DNA of 64,000 nucleotides from Promethearchaeota archaeon. Lineage in GTDB: Archaea; Asgardarchaeota; Lokiarchaeia; Sigyniarchaeales; SOKP01. Position 1 is the stretch's first letter. The number at the start of each line of letters is the position of its first letter. This document shows, piece by piece, positions 19,840 to 29,296 of this stretch. Position numbers and translations under genes: made by a program. The stretch covers positions 32,001 through 96,000 of the forward strand of contig SHMW01000001.1 in NCBI GenBank assembly GCA_008080735.1, written 5' to 3'. A model generated the notes under the pieces. It was not told the DNA's origin. It ran no database searches and saw nothing but the letters and a program-made list of their open reading frames with translations.

Positions 19840-21318
19840 TTAGCCTTTGACGACACCAACAGGATGCATTCTCGCAACTTTCTCTATTAGATTAAGACGC
19901 GATTGAATTTTTACCACTTGATTTATGTCTTTATATGCACCTGGAGCTTCCTCTGCAATAACTTTTTGTGATTTTGCTTTCACAAGAATTCCCTTTTTTT
20001 CTAACCCTTTTTCAATATCCTCTCCCCAATAGGCATTCTTTGCCCGAGATCTTGACATTACCCTCCCCGAACCGTGTGCGGTCGAACCAAATGTGAGATT
20101 CATGGAATCTTTCCTTCCCACACATAAATATGAGGCGGAACCCATGGTTCCTGGAATTAATACGGGTTGTCCTATTGATTTATAGCTTTTAGGCAACACC
20201 GAATGATTCGGAGGGAATGCTCGTGTTGCTCCTTTCCTGTGAATATTGAGTTCCATATTCTTCCCGTCAACTAGGTGTGTTTCCTTTTTAAGAATATTAT
20301 GACATAAATCATAAATTAATTCTAATTCATATTCTTGGCTCTCGTTTCCAAAGACTTCCTTAAAGGATTCTCTAATCCAAAAGGTAATGAGCTGTCTGTT
20401 GCAAAATCCAAAATTTGCCGCACAAGCCATCTCTTTAAAATATTTTTGGGCTTCTTCGGTATTTGCAGGCACGCATGATAATTCTCTATCGGGAATTTTA
20501 ATATTATATCGTTTCATGGCTTTTTCAAATTCACGCACTGATTCTGTGCAAACTTGATGCCCCAAAGCCCTGCTACCGGTATGAATCATTACCATAATTT
20601 GGTCTTTCTGTGTGATCCCCAATTCTTTTGCAATCTTTTTATTGTAGATTTTATCTACTTTCTGCACTTCGAGGAAATGATTTCCACTTCCTAAGCTTCC
20701 TAATTGTCTAATACCTCGCTGTTTTGCACGCTTTGAAACAATATTGTGGTCTGCATCTTCTAATCTGCCGTTTTCCTCACAAAACTCAATATCTTCGTCC
20801 GTTGCAAATTCATGTTCACGTGCCCATTCCACACCCATATCAAGCACCGAATTCAATTGATTATAATCTATCTTCAGCCTCCCTCTTGAGCCCAAACCCG
20901 AAGGAATTCGATTAAATATATAAGTCAATAAAGTGGGAAGCTTACTTTGTATATCTTCATAGCTCATTTCAGTTCTCAATAGTCTCACTCCGCAATTTAT
21001 ATCATACCCTACACCGCCAGGTGAGATCATCCCATCTTCGGAATCTGTCCCGCACACCGCCCCTATACAGAAGCCATACCCTTGATGAGCATCAGAAAGC
21101 GCAATCACATGCTTTTCTACTCCATCTAAACACGCTACATTACTAATCTGTTCTAATGTTCTATCTTCTTGAATTTTTGATAATATTTCCTCATTTGCAT
21201 AGATATGAACAGGAACTTTCATTTTAAAGCTTTCAATCGTCCCTGAAACTCTGGCCATTAGTCTTTTTGGCGGAATTTCATAAATATACTCATCGATTTT
21301 ATTTACATTCATGTTCAT
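19840..21318 (-). CDS. rtcB: RtcB RNA-splicing ligase
   Basis: DAHQGYGF.IG, GVGYDINCG, GSLGSGNHFLE, HTGSR, HN, HRKGAT, HGSGR, EEAP.AYK. Confidence 0.97.
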   Translation of the reverse strand: MNMNVNKIDEYIYEIPPKRLMARVSGTIESFKMKVPVHIYANEEILSKIQEDRTLEQISNVACLDGVEKHVIALSDAHQGYGFCIGAVCGTDSEDGMISPGGVGYDINCGVRLLRTEMSYEDIQSKLPTLLTYIFNRIPSGLGSRGRLKIDYNQLNSVLDMGVEWAREHEFATDEDIEFCEENGRLEDADHNIVSKRAKQRGIRQLGSLGSGNHFLEVQKVDKIYNKKIAKELGITQKDQIMVMIHTGSRALGHQVCTESVREFEKAMKRYNIKIPDRELSCVPANTEEAQKYFKEMACAANFGFCNRQLITFWIRESFKEVFGNESQEYELELIYDLCHNILKKETHLVDGKNMELNIHRKGATRAFPPNHSVLPKSYKSIGQPVLIPGTMGSASYLCVGRKDSMNLTFGSTAHGSGRVMSRSRAKNAYWGEDIEKGLEKKGILVKAKSQKVIAEEAPGAYKDINQVVKIQSRLNLIEKVARMHPVGVVKG

Positions 21319-21446
21319 ATCAGTTAAGAAAGGGTTGCTGCTAACAAAAAATTTGGTATTTTCAACTATGGTCTTAAAATGTTTTTTGTAAATCTAAATA
21401 TAAAAAAATATTATACTCCCTTTTTCCTAGGTATGAAATTTATCAA

Positions 21447-22172
21447 TTATTTTATTTCTATGAACTTAAGCAATCCAAGGTTATCTAAATTGTCAATAAT
21501 GACTTGAATTTTTGCTTCTGGAAGCCCAGCATCTTCGGCAATATCCGTAACAGTATGAAATCCGTCCGCAAGATGGGCAATTTCATATTGTTTCTCATTT
21601 AAAAAACCTTGAGTTATTACTTGTTTGGGTAGTCTTTTTGAGGTCCAATCTGGTTTGGTATCTGATACAGTACGTAAATCATCCTCGGAAAGAGTCATAC
21701 CTTTCTTTTGTAAGCGAGATTGAGATTTTTTAAAATCCTTTTTGTAAATTTTTAATATTGGAATGCGAATTGGGATTTCAGCTACTCTGCCGTTTTCTAA
21801 AATTTCATCAACCTGTTCTGCAAAATCACGGAAAATACGTACATCACCGGACCATTTATCAAGAATGTTCCCGAACTGATCAATAAATTTATCGATAATA
21901 TTATTTAATGCCTTATGAGTGATTTTTGCATCATCGTTCTTATCAGCGGCAGCAGTGATTAGCACACCCTCCCGAAATACCAGCATCAAATAAAATACTT
22001 GCATGTCAATTACCTTCAATTCTCCTGAGCCCTTTGAAAATTCTATGCTAAAATCTTTTAACGCGGTTAAAAACCCACTTACCAAGTCTTGATTAAATTC
22101 TATTGAACCGTATTTTCTATGTAATAGACAAATTCCGGTTTTCTGGTCAATAATATATACATTATGTATCAA
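21447..22172 (-). CDS. Longin-like domain protein with a C-terminal winged helix
   Basis: IHNVYII..TGICLL...Y......DLVSGFLTAL..F longin pattern; C-terminal ADG..TV.DIAE..GL...I..L...GLL.F. Confidence 0.75.
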   Translation of the reverse strand: MIHNVYIIDQKTGICLLHRKYGSIEFNQDLVSGFLTALKDFSIEFSKGSGELKVIDMQVFYLMLVFREGVLITAAADKNDDAKITHKALNNIIDKFIDQFGNILDKWSGDVRIFRDFAEQVDEILENGRVAEIPIRIPILKIYKKDFKKSQSRLQKKGMTLSEDDLRTVSDTKPDWTSKRLPKQVITQGFLNEKQYEIAHLADGFHTVTDIAEDAGLPEAKIQVIIDNLDNLGLLKFIEIK

Positions 22173-22344
22173 GATGACACCTCAAAAAATTTTCACTAAC
22201 GTTTTTTTGTTATAGATATCTAATAAAATTCCAATTATTTAAATTTCTTTTCGTTTAATCTCCATAAATAATTCAATAATTTATAGTAAACTGAGTCCGA
22301 TCTTTTGTGTAGCATTTTTATCTATTTAGAATTTTTATATAATT

Positions 22345-22665
22345 ATGAGACAATTCGTATTTTTCGTGACAGTACCTTCTAAAGAAGAGGGAGAAAAGAT
22401 CGCCAAACACCTTGTAGAACAGAAAATTGTTGCGTGCGTGAATATCATACACGATATCCACTCGATTTATCGATGGAAAGGTGAGATCGAAGAGGATAAC
22501 GAATACTTATTGGTGATGAAGACCACTAAAGAGAAAAAATCAAATTTAATCCGAGCCATAGAGAAACTTCATAGTTATGAGACACCAGAATGTATTGGAT
22601 GGAAAATTGATACGGGCTCGAAAACATATTTAAGATGGATAGAAAATTCCACAAGGGGTACGTAA
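22345..22665 (+). CDS. cutA: Divalent-cation tolerance protein CutA
   Basis: VACVNI....SIYRWKG.IE...E, HSYETP. Confidence 0.95.
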   Translation: MRQFVFFVTVPSKEEGEKIAKHLVEQKIVACVNIIHDIHSIYRWKGEIEEDNEYLLVMKTTKEKKSNLIRAIEKLHSYETPECIGWKIDTGSKTYLRWIENSTRGT

Positions 22666-22686
22666 TATAATATAGAGTGAGATTCT

Positions 22687-23499
22687 ATGAATATATTTCA
22701 TTTAGACTGGGTTGCAATTAGCTCTGTTGTTATTATTCTTCTGCTTATTCTATTGATTTCTGTGAAATTATACAAACACTTTTCCAGATGGCGTGGATAT
22801 ATTTCACATAGCGCTATAGAGACCAAAAATCTCACAAAATTAAAATCAAAATTACCCTCTTTAAGGCGATTTTCTACCATAATTTTCGCCAAAAAGAAGA
22901 ATTGGAAAGGCTTTTTAAAAGCTCAATCAGAATCTTCTCTTTATATCATTATCGGGGATTATTGGTTTCAAAAGCTTCAGAAGATTTTCATCGAATCTCT
23001 CTGCACGTATGGACAGCAAGTGATTTCTTTGACCCTCTTCCCTCGTTTCATTTACAAACTGAAAAGGAAAACAGCAAAATTGAGTTTAAAGGAAACTCTC
23101 TCTACCCTTATGTCATATCTTAATCAAAAGGGATATATGAATTGTGAAAAGTATTCTTTTATAGATACCACGGGAACAGAACTGTACTTCAAGAGTCTTT
23201 TTTGCGATCCAACAGTTTTCGCACTTATATCAATTAACCCAAAAATTACTAAATCTTCCTTATCTATTTTACATAAGATTCTATCTAAGCGCATCCATAA
23301 TAAATGGTATTGTATATTCAGCCATTATTCATATTTATTCCTTAAAAATAGATATCAAAGACGCTTAGAAACTCACCTTCCAGATGGTATCCCGGATAAG
23401 GTTAAGATAGTATCTATTAAGAATGCGAGATATTCATTTCGTAATTACGAAACCATTTTATTGGCAGAAATTATCCATATAGTCAAGGAAAATGTCTGA
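22687..23499 (+). CDS. Membrane-anchored hypothetical protein (possibly a degenerate alpha/beta-hydrolase fold)
   Basis: N-terminal TM helix; overlaps the next gene, operon-like. Confidence 0.55.
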   Translation: MNIFHLDWVAISSVVIILLLILLISVKLYKHFSRWRGYISHSAIETKNLTKLKSKLPSLRRFSTIIFAKKKNWKGFLKAQSESSLYIIIGDYWFQKLQKIFIESLCTYGQQVISLTLFPRFIYKLKRKTAKLSLKETLSTLMSYLNQKGYMNCEKYSFIDTTGTELYFKSLFCDPTVFALISINPKITKSSLSILHKILSKRIHNKWYCIFSHYSYLFLKNRYQRRLETHLPDGIPDKVKIVSIKNARYSFRNYETILLAEIIHIVKENV

Positions 23500-24190
23500 A
23501 CGTATCCAGAGAGAATTTTACAGGAAAATAACATATTCGCAAAAACATTGGGCCCTATTGGAAAAAAAAAGAGCGCTAGCACTGGAGGTGTTAGAAATTT
23601 TTAAGACACAAAACCTTTCACCTTACCTTTACGGAAGTACTGCGCGAGGAGATGTCCACAACCATAGCGACATTGATCTCGCCTTCCTGCATCGCGTACC
23701 AGCCTTCAAAATTGAATTTCTCTTGAATCAAAACGGATATAGAAATTATAGGCGAGAAATAATAATGGCAACCCCTGGCGATGCGATAAAATTATATATT
23801 TATTTGAGTGAGTTGACCGCTATTACCCTTCCTCTTACGAAATTAACCAAAACTTCGCTCGAGTTTTATGGTTTCGGAGGAAAAATCGATTATGAGGGAA
23901 TTATAGAGAATGAACGGGTTCCAGGAATTGATAAACGTTTAGTTCTGATTACACCCCAATCGTATGGCCATGAGGAACGTTCTGTTATTAATCGAGAGAA
24001 TATTGCTGCAAAAGAGGTGGGAGTCACTATTGAAACTATTTATGAAAGAGAGAGAGTACTCCTTCGAAGGGAGAAACACGGCAGAACGGGAGTATTTCTC
24101 AAAAGGGAATTATCACCACAAGAAACACCCGAAGGAGTCCTTGAAAACCTAGCAAGAAAAAATCCAATTATTAGAAAAAAAATATATTAA
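23492..24190 (+). CDS. Archaeal conserved nucleotidyltransferase (Pol-beta superfamily)
   Basis: YGSTARGDVH..SDID, RVPGIDKRL, ER.RVL.RR...GRTGVF. Confidence 0.85.
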   Translation: MSERIQREFYRKITYSQKHWALLEKKRALALEVLEIFKTQNLSPYLYGSTARGDVHNHSDIDLAFLHRVPAFKIEFLLNQNGYRNYRREIIMATPGDAIKLYIYLSELTAITLPLTKLTKTSLEFYGFGGKIDYEGIIENERVPGIDKRLVLITPQSYGHEERSVINRENIAAKEVGVTIETIYERERVLLRREKHGRTGVFLKRELSPQETPEGVLENLARKNPIIRKKIY

Positions 24191-24191
24191 T

Positions 24192-25343
24192 ATGTCAAAA
24201 GCGAAGATTATTGAAACAAAAGAGTCAAATTATTGTATAAAAGCAAGAGGGATCCCGAAAGGGTGTCAACTATGCCTAAAGGGATTAAAATCTGTTCTAT
24301 TCCTCAATGGACTCTGTCAAAAACCTGAGAAATGCACATGGTATTGTCCACTTTCAGAGGTGAGGCGAAATAAAAATATCACCTTTATAAATGAAATACA
24401 AATTACGGAAGATGATGAAATAATAAAAGAAATATATAAATCGGGGTCACAAGGAATCAGTATCACGGGGGGAGAACCGTTCTTTGCCAATAATACGGAA
24501 AAGACCTTAAAATATATCAAACATATTAAGAATGAGTTCGGAGAAAAGTTTCATATACACCTCTATACAAATGGAATTGGCTTTACAGAAACAATAGCAA
24601 ATAAACTCGCTGATCTGGGTTTAGATGAAATACGATTTCATCCTCCCAAAGAGTCATGGATAAATATTAAAAGAGCACTGAATAAAGGAATAACCGTAGG
24701 CGTTGAAGTCCCCCTCATTCCTAACTCAGAATACCTCGCTCAATTAAAAGAATTGGTACTCTATTTAGATCAAATCAGGGCCGAATTTATAAATTTGAAT
24801 GAATTTGAATATTGTTTCCCAAACAGTCGCTCATTAAAGGAAAAAGGGTATTTGCTTAAAGAAGGCTCGATTGCAACCGTCCAAAGAAGCAGAGAAAAAG
24901 CATATGAATTTATGGAAGAAATAAACTCTAAAGTCTCACTGAAAATGCATTTCTGCTCGATTCGGGCCAAAGATTATTATCAACTAAAAAATCGCTATTA
25001 TCAACGGGCAAAACATATTAAAAAACCCTATGAAGAGATTACTGACGAGGGATTATTAGTATATGGCCAAATTGAGGGTGATAAGGATGAATTGAACGTC
25101 TTGTATGATGAATTAAGATATAGCTCTCAGATCCCATTAAAATACATCCAATTTGCTGAGTACATGATTTTTTTACCTTATTACCTCTTAATTGATGACG
25201 ATTTTTTGGAATTTCTTAATCAATTTAATGTGGAAGGGTATATAGTTGAAGCAATTCCTTTTCGGAGGGATATATACCGCCAAATTACTGAAAAAACCCC
25301 AATTATGGTATTCAAGAAAGAATTATGTGAAGATGAGGATTAG
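24192..25343 (+). CDS. Radical SAM protein (archaeal, PFL-activase-related)
   Basis: PKGCQLC..G.K.VLF..GLC.....C.WYCPLS, ITGGEP, HLYTNG, LDEIRFHP. Confidence 0.85.
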   Translation: MSKAKIIETKESNYCIKARGIPKGCQLCLKGLKSVLFLNGLCQKPEKCTWYCPLSEVRRNKNITFINEIQITEDDEIIKEIYKSGSQGISITGGEPFFANNTEKTLKYIKHIKNEFGEKFHIHLYTNGIGFTETIANKLADLGLDEIRFHPPKESWINIKRALNKGITVGVEVPLIPNSEYLAQLKELVLYLDQIRAEFINLNEFEYCFPNSRSLKEKGYLLKEGSIATVQRSREKAYEFMEEINSKVSLKMHFCSIRAKDYYQLKNRYYQRAKHIKKPYEEITDEGLLVYGQIEGDKDELNVLYDELRYSSQIPLKYIQFAEYMIFLPYYLLIDDDFLEFLNQFNVEGYIVEAIPFRRDIYRQITEKTPIMVFKKELCEDED

Positions 25344-25812
25344 AACTGTTAAAAAGAAGGATTTATACAAAATTACCAAGTTAGAAAAGAAAATATTCCA
25401 AGATCAAGCATTTTCCAAAAGCTTAATGAAAGAACTCTTGGATCAGAGCTTACTATTTCATAAAATAGAAATGAAAATATTATTTACAAAATTGATTGGA
25501 TTTATTATTCTGATAAAAGATATGAACGATCGAGCTAATCTTATTAATTTTGCAATTAAACCTAAATATCAAGGAAGAGGTTATGGCACGCTCCTCCTGA
25601 AAAATAGCCTTGACTGGCTTCGGTCAAATCATTCCTTGATAAAAAAAATAATTCTAAATGTGAAAACAGATAATAACAGAGCAATCCGTCTGTATGAAAA
25701 ATTTGAATTTCATATCGTTAAAAAAATAGAAAAATATTATCAGAATAAAGAAGCGGCATATTTAATGGAATTAAATCTAGAGTCCGTAAAGAAATACGAC
25801 TTATCACTATGA
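25333..25812 (+). CDS. RimI/Ard1-like N-acetyltransferase
   Basis: AIKPKYQGRGYG, N.RAI.LYEKF.F, YY...E.AYLM; start reassigned to ATG at 25333, overlapping the upstream gene end. Confidence 0.85.
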   Translation: MRIRTVKKKDLYKITKLEKKIFQDQAFSKSLMKELLDQSLLFHKIEMKILFTKLIGFIILIKDMNDRANLINFAIKPKYQGRGYGTLLLKNSLDWLRSNHSLIKKIILNVKTDNNRAIRLYEKFEFHIVKKIEKYYQNKEAAYLMELNLESVKKYDLSL

Positions 25813-25973
25813 TTTAAAACTAAAATATGAATGAACTTAGTACATACATTATTGACTTAAGACTGCTCTCCTTTTATTTTCTGATAAACCCAAGAACTTA
25901 TATATAAAAATTTAGTTACTCTTGATAGTAAGAATATAATAAAAGAATAATTAATGTTGCAAGGTGTTGACAT

Positions 25974-26132
25974 ATTCCCCAGTTAGATGATGAATTAAAA
26001 AATGAGATAAAAAAAGGCGTTAAGTTAGAGAAATTAAGCGAAGAAGAAAGGAAGAAAATCGAGGAAGAGCGAAAGAAACGACAAGAAGAACTTCAAAAAG
26101 TAAAAGAAGCCTTAGAAAAAGGTCAAGGCTAA
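25974..26132 (+). CDS. Unannotated 52-aa protein with a WH2-like motif and a charged helical tail
   Basis: Open frame (I/M)PQLDDELKNEIKKGVKLEKLSEEERKKIEEERKKRQEELQKVKEALEKGQG*; AGGTG Shine-Dalgarno 7 nt upstream of an ATT codon; T-rich terminator downstream. Confidence 0.6.
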   Translation: MPQLDDELKNEIKKGVKLEKLSEEERKKIEEERKKRQEELQKVKEALEKGQG

Positions 26133-26273
26133 TCAAATCACTTTTTTTGTACTTATATTTTATTTTTCTTTTTTTATTAAATTTAGAAAGTCCATATAAG
26201 GATTAAGAATTAATCTTATCTTTTACCAAATACTCATTAGAGGTAATAGATCAAATCTTATGGAGATAGATTA

Positions 26274-27344
26274 GTGCAGATCCTTGATCAAGATAAGAAA
26301 AAAGGCGAAATCACGGTAAGAGTGCAAGATTTAAATGATTTATGGACGCTCTACAATATCATTTCAAAAGGAGATACAGTTTCATCATTAACGCAAAGGA
26401 GAGTTGTAATGAAAGAAGGGAGCAGTGGAGAGAGAAAAGTAATGCGGCTCACGTTAAAAGTTGAAGATGTCGCGTTTCATGAATTCAGCAATCGTTTGAG
26501 GATAAAAGGCACGATATTGGAAGGACCCGATGATTTTGTAAGTTTTGGCTCCTATCACACTTTCAATTTAGAAATTAACCAAAAAATTACTATTATCAAA
26601 GAGAATTGGATGCGTCAAGACTTAATGAGATTGAAAGAATCGTCAAAATTATCTACGAATTTTGTTATGCTTATTATAGCAATGGAAACGGGATTAGCAA
26701 ATGTGGCGCTTATTACTAATTACAGTCATAATAATATCGCAACGATTACTAAAACTATTCCCGGAAAGCGATATGAACAATCCTTTCGAAAAAAGTTCTT
26801 GCACGATTTTTTTGAGGACGTGCAGCGGGTAATTGAATCGAACACGGAAACCAGAGATATTAACCTTATAATTATCTGCGGTCCGGGGACGGTCAAAGAT
26901 CAGTTTATTCGATGGTTAAAAGAAAACTCAAGTCAAGAGTTTGATAATATGAGAAGTATCCATGCGAGTTCTGGAACCGAAAGCGCGATTTATGAGACGC
27001 TCAAATCACAGGAACTGGCAAAATTAAAAAAAAATATCAAAATTCTACAAGAAACCGAAAAAATTGAACAAGTCTTAACACAACTGGGAAAGGATGCAGA
27101 TTTAATTTCGATTGGCGTAGCAGAGGTGGCAAAGGCAGCGCAAATGGGAGCAGTGGAACAATTACTTGTTGCCGACATTGTCATTCGAGGAGCATCTAAG
27201 GCGAAAAAATTGGAAATAGAAGAAATAATAACCAATGTGGAGCAAACTGGGGGACAAGTGGATATTCTTAATACAAAACACCCGGCAGGAGAACAACTTA
27301 CTGATCTGGGCTCGCTTATTGCGATCTTACGATATAAGTTCTGA
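26274..27344 (+). CDS. pelA: Pelota (Dom34) ribosome-rescue factor
   Basis: DLW.LYNII.KGD.V, EFSNRLRI.G.I, G.YHT, IPGKR, H.AGEQL..LG...AILRY. Confidence 0.96.
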   Translation: MQILDQDKKKGEITVRVQDLNDLWTLYNIISKGDTVSSLTQRRVVMKEGSSGERKVMRLTLKVEDVAFHEFSNRLRIKGTILEGPDDFVSFGSYHTFNLEINQKITIIKENWMRQDLMRLKESSKLSTNFVMLIIAMETGLANVALITNYSHNNIATITKTIPGKRYEQSFRKKFLHDFFEDVQRVIESNTETRDINLIIICGPGTVKDQFIRWLKENSSQEFDNMRSIHASSGTESAIYETLKSQELAKLKKNIKILQETEKIEQVLTQLGKDADLISIGVAEVAKAAQMGAVEQLLVADIVIRGASKAKKLEIEEIITNVEQTGGQVDILNTKHPAGEQLTDLGSLIAILRYKF

Positions 27345-27364
27345 TTTCCTTCAAAGGTTATATA

Positions 27365-28396
27365 ATGGCAGAAAAAATTATTTACCTCAACCAAGATTCT
27401 GGAATCCCACTCTTTGGGTTAGATTTTATTGGAATCATTGATAGAGGAACAAATATCATCGAATTGAAGCCGCTCACATTATGCAATATAAAATGTAGAT
27501 ATTGTTTTGTAAGTGCGGGAGAATTTCGAACTAATTTTATCATTGACCCCACCTATTTTTTAGAGGGTGTTCGAACCCTCATTGACCTTAAAGGTGCTTA
27601 TGATATTGAAATTCATATAGCGCCTTATGGAGAAATCTTTCTCTATAAAGATCTCCTTATGCTCCTGGACTTATTGTGGCAACTCGAAGGTATTACAACC
27701 ATTTCCATTCAAACAAATGGGCTTTTACTTACTCCTTCCCTCATAAAATCCTTGGAATCGGTAAATGTCACACGTCTAAATATCAGTATTAATACTCTCA
27801 ATGAGAAATTGGCTCAATATTTGTCGGGTTGTGAGAACTATGATATTAACTCTCTTATGAAGAATGTCAAATTATTGTTAGAATCAAATATTGATGTTTT
27901 AATTGCCCCTGTGTGGTTTCCTGGTGTGAATGATGAGGATATCGAGGACATAATTTCATTTGTCGTTGAAATGCGCACCATGGGGTATTCTAATCTCGAT
28001 ATCCAACTCGGAATTCAAAAATATTTAATTTATCGAACTGGGAGAAAACTTAAGAAAATCCGACCAAAAACATGGGGCTATTTTTACCAACAACTCGGGA
28101 ATTTAGAAGAGAGGTATGATATAAAACTCAAATTAGGACCTCACGATTTTAATATTCACGATCGCCCGCTCTATTCTATTGATATCAATGAAGGTGAAAT
28201 ACTTCCCGTCACTATTAAAGCCCCGGGACGATGGAAAAATGAATGTATTGGGGTTATAAACGAGTTGTCTGCTGTTAAGGTATTATTAAATAGTCCACTC
28301 GAATATTCGGACACGCTTCTCGGAAAAAATATCAATGTAAAGATTTTAAAATCAACTCAGTATGATAGTATCATCACCACCTATCTCCCATATTGA
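27365..28396 (+). CDS. Radical SAM protein with a C-terminal TRAM-like domain
   Basis: FIGIIDRGTN.IE.KP.T.CNIKCRYC, QTNG, APVW.PG.ND. Confidence 0.88.
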   Translation: MAEKIIYLNQDSGIPLFGLDFIGIIDRGTNIIELKPLTLCNIKCRYCFVSAGEFRTNFIIDPTYFLEGVRTLIDLKGAYDIEIHIAPYGEIFLYKDLLMLLDLLWQLEGITTISIQTNGLLLTPSLIKSLESVNVTRLNISINTLNEKLAQYLSGCENYDINSLMKNVKLLLESNIDVLIAPVWFPGVNDEDIEDIISFVVEMRTMGYSNLDIQLGIQKYLIYRTGRKLKKIRPKTWGYFYQQLGNLEERYDIKLKLGPHDFNIHDRPLYSIDINEGEILPVTIKAPGRWKNECIGVINELSAVKVLLNSPLEYSDTLLGKNINVKILKSTQYDSIITTYLPY

Positions 28397-28481
28397 GTAA
28401 TGTGAAAAAATTATAATAGGGTATTTTATCTTATTGTATTCATAGATTAATTCAATCGTTATTTACTATCAATAATATTTA

Positions 28482-29114
28482 GTGGTGATAAGCTTGCCTA
28501 TTATAACCCATGAAGATGAACTTGACCTTGCACGGCTTGAAGATGAGCTTGTGGATAAACTTGAATACCATGCGAAAGAGCAGAGTAAGGTGATAAAAGC
28601 ACAAAAAAAGCTAGCTGAGAGAATTACTGATATGAATATCTCTCGAAAAGCTTTGAACAGAACGATGAGAGATGTCTTTAAACAAATGCAAATGTTAGCA
28701 CGCGAACATAGATCCAACGTAAAGGAAGAAGATGTAAATTTAATGGAGGAACTCATCCGACAAAACGATAAATATATAGAAGCGAATGATAAATATTTAA
28801 ATGCCATGAAAGATCTGGCTGTGCGTAAAGATTATCTCGTCGAAAAGAAAATGGAATTCGCAGAAGCTTTAGAGGAAGTCGCTGAGAAAAGAGAAGTTGT
28901 AATAAAGAAAGCACTTGACGTTGAGAAGGCCAAAAATAAGATGATCGAAGGAGATAAATTAAATCGTCTTGATCAAGAACTTAACGATATCCAACGAGAA
29001 TTTGACAGAGCTCGGGATATCTTGCTCAAAAAGATTGAGCAGTTTTTAGATGTTCGCAAAGAAATAAATGAACTGTGGCTCAAATTAGAACAAAGTACAA
29101 CTGAATTAAGTTAG
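28482..29114 (+). CDS. All-helical coiled-coil protein, possibly BAR-domain-like
   Basis: 210 aa of long amphipathic helices; the end segment resembles the SNX/Vps5 BAR third helix by eye. Confidence 0.5.
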   Translation: MVISLPIITHEDELDLARLEDELVDKLEYHAKEQSKVIKAQKKLAERITDMNISRKALNRTMRDVFKQMQMLAREHRSNVKEEDVNLMEELIRQNDKYIEANDKYLNAMKDLAVRKDYLVEKKMEFAEALEEVAEKREVVIKKALDVEKAKNKMIEGDKLNRLDQELNDIQREFDRARDILLKKIEQFLDVRKEINELWLKLEQSTTELS

Positions 29115-29296
29115 GATTTAATAACATTTTTTTTCACTTTTTTTCTTAGTATAAAATTGGGATCTGATATTTCTATGTCTTAGAACGCTATAGAAAAATT
29201 AGCTCAAACTTAATAAATCTAAAATAATATGTTATATAGTGAATTTGATAGAAATTTTATCAGAAATTATAACGAAAAAGAGAAAAAGGAGTAAAA

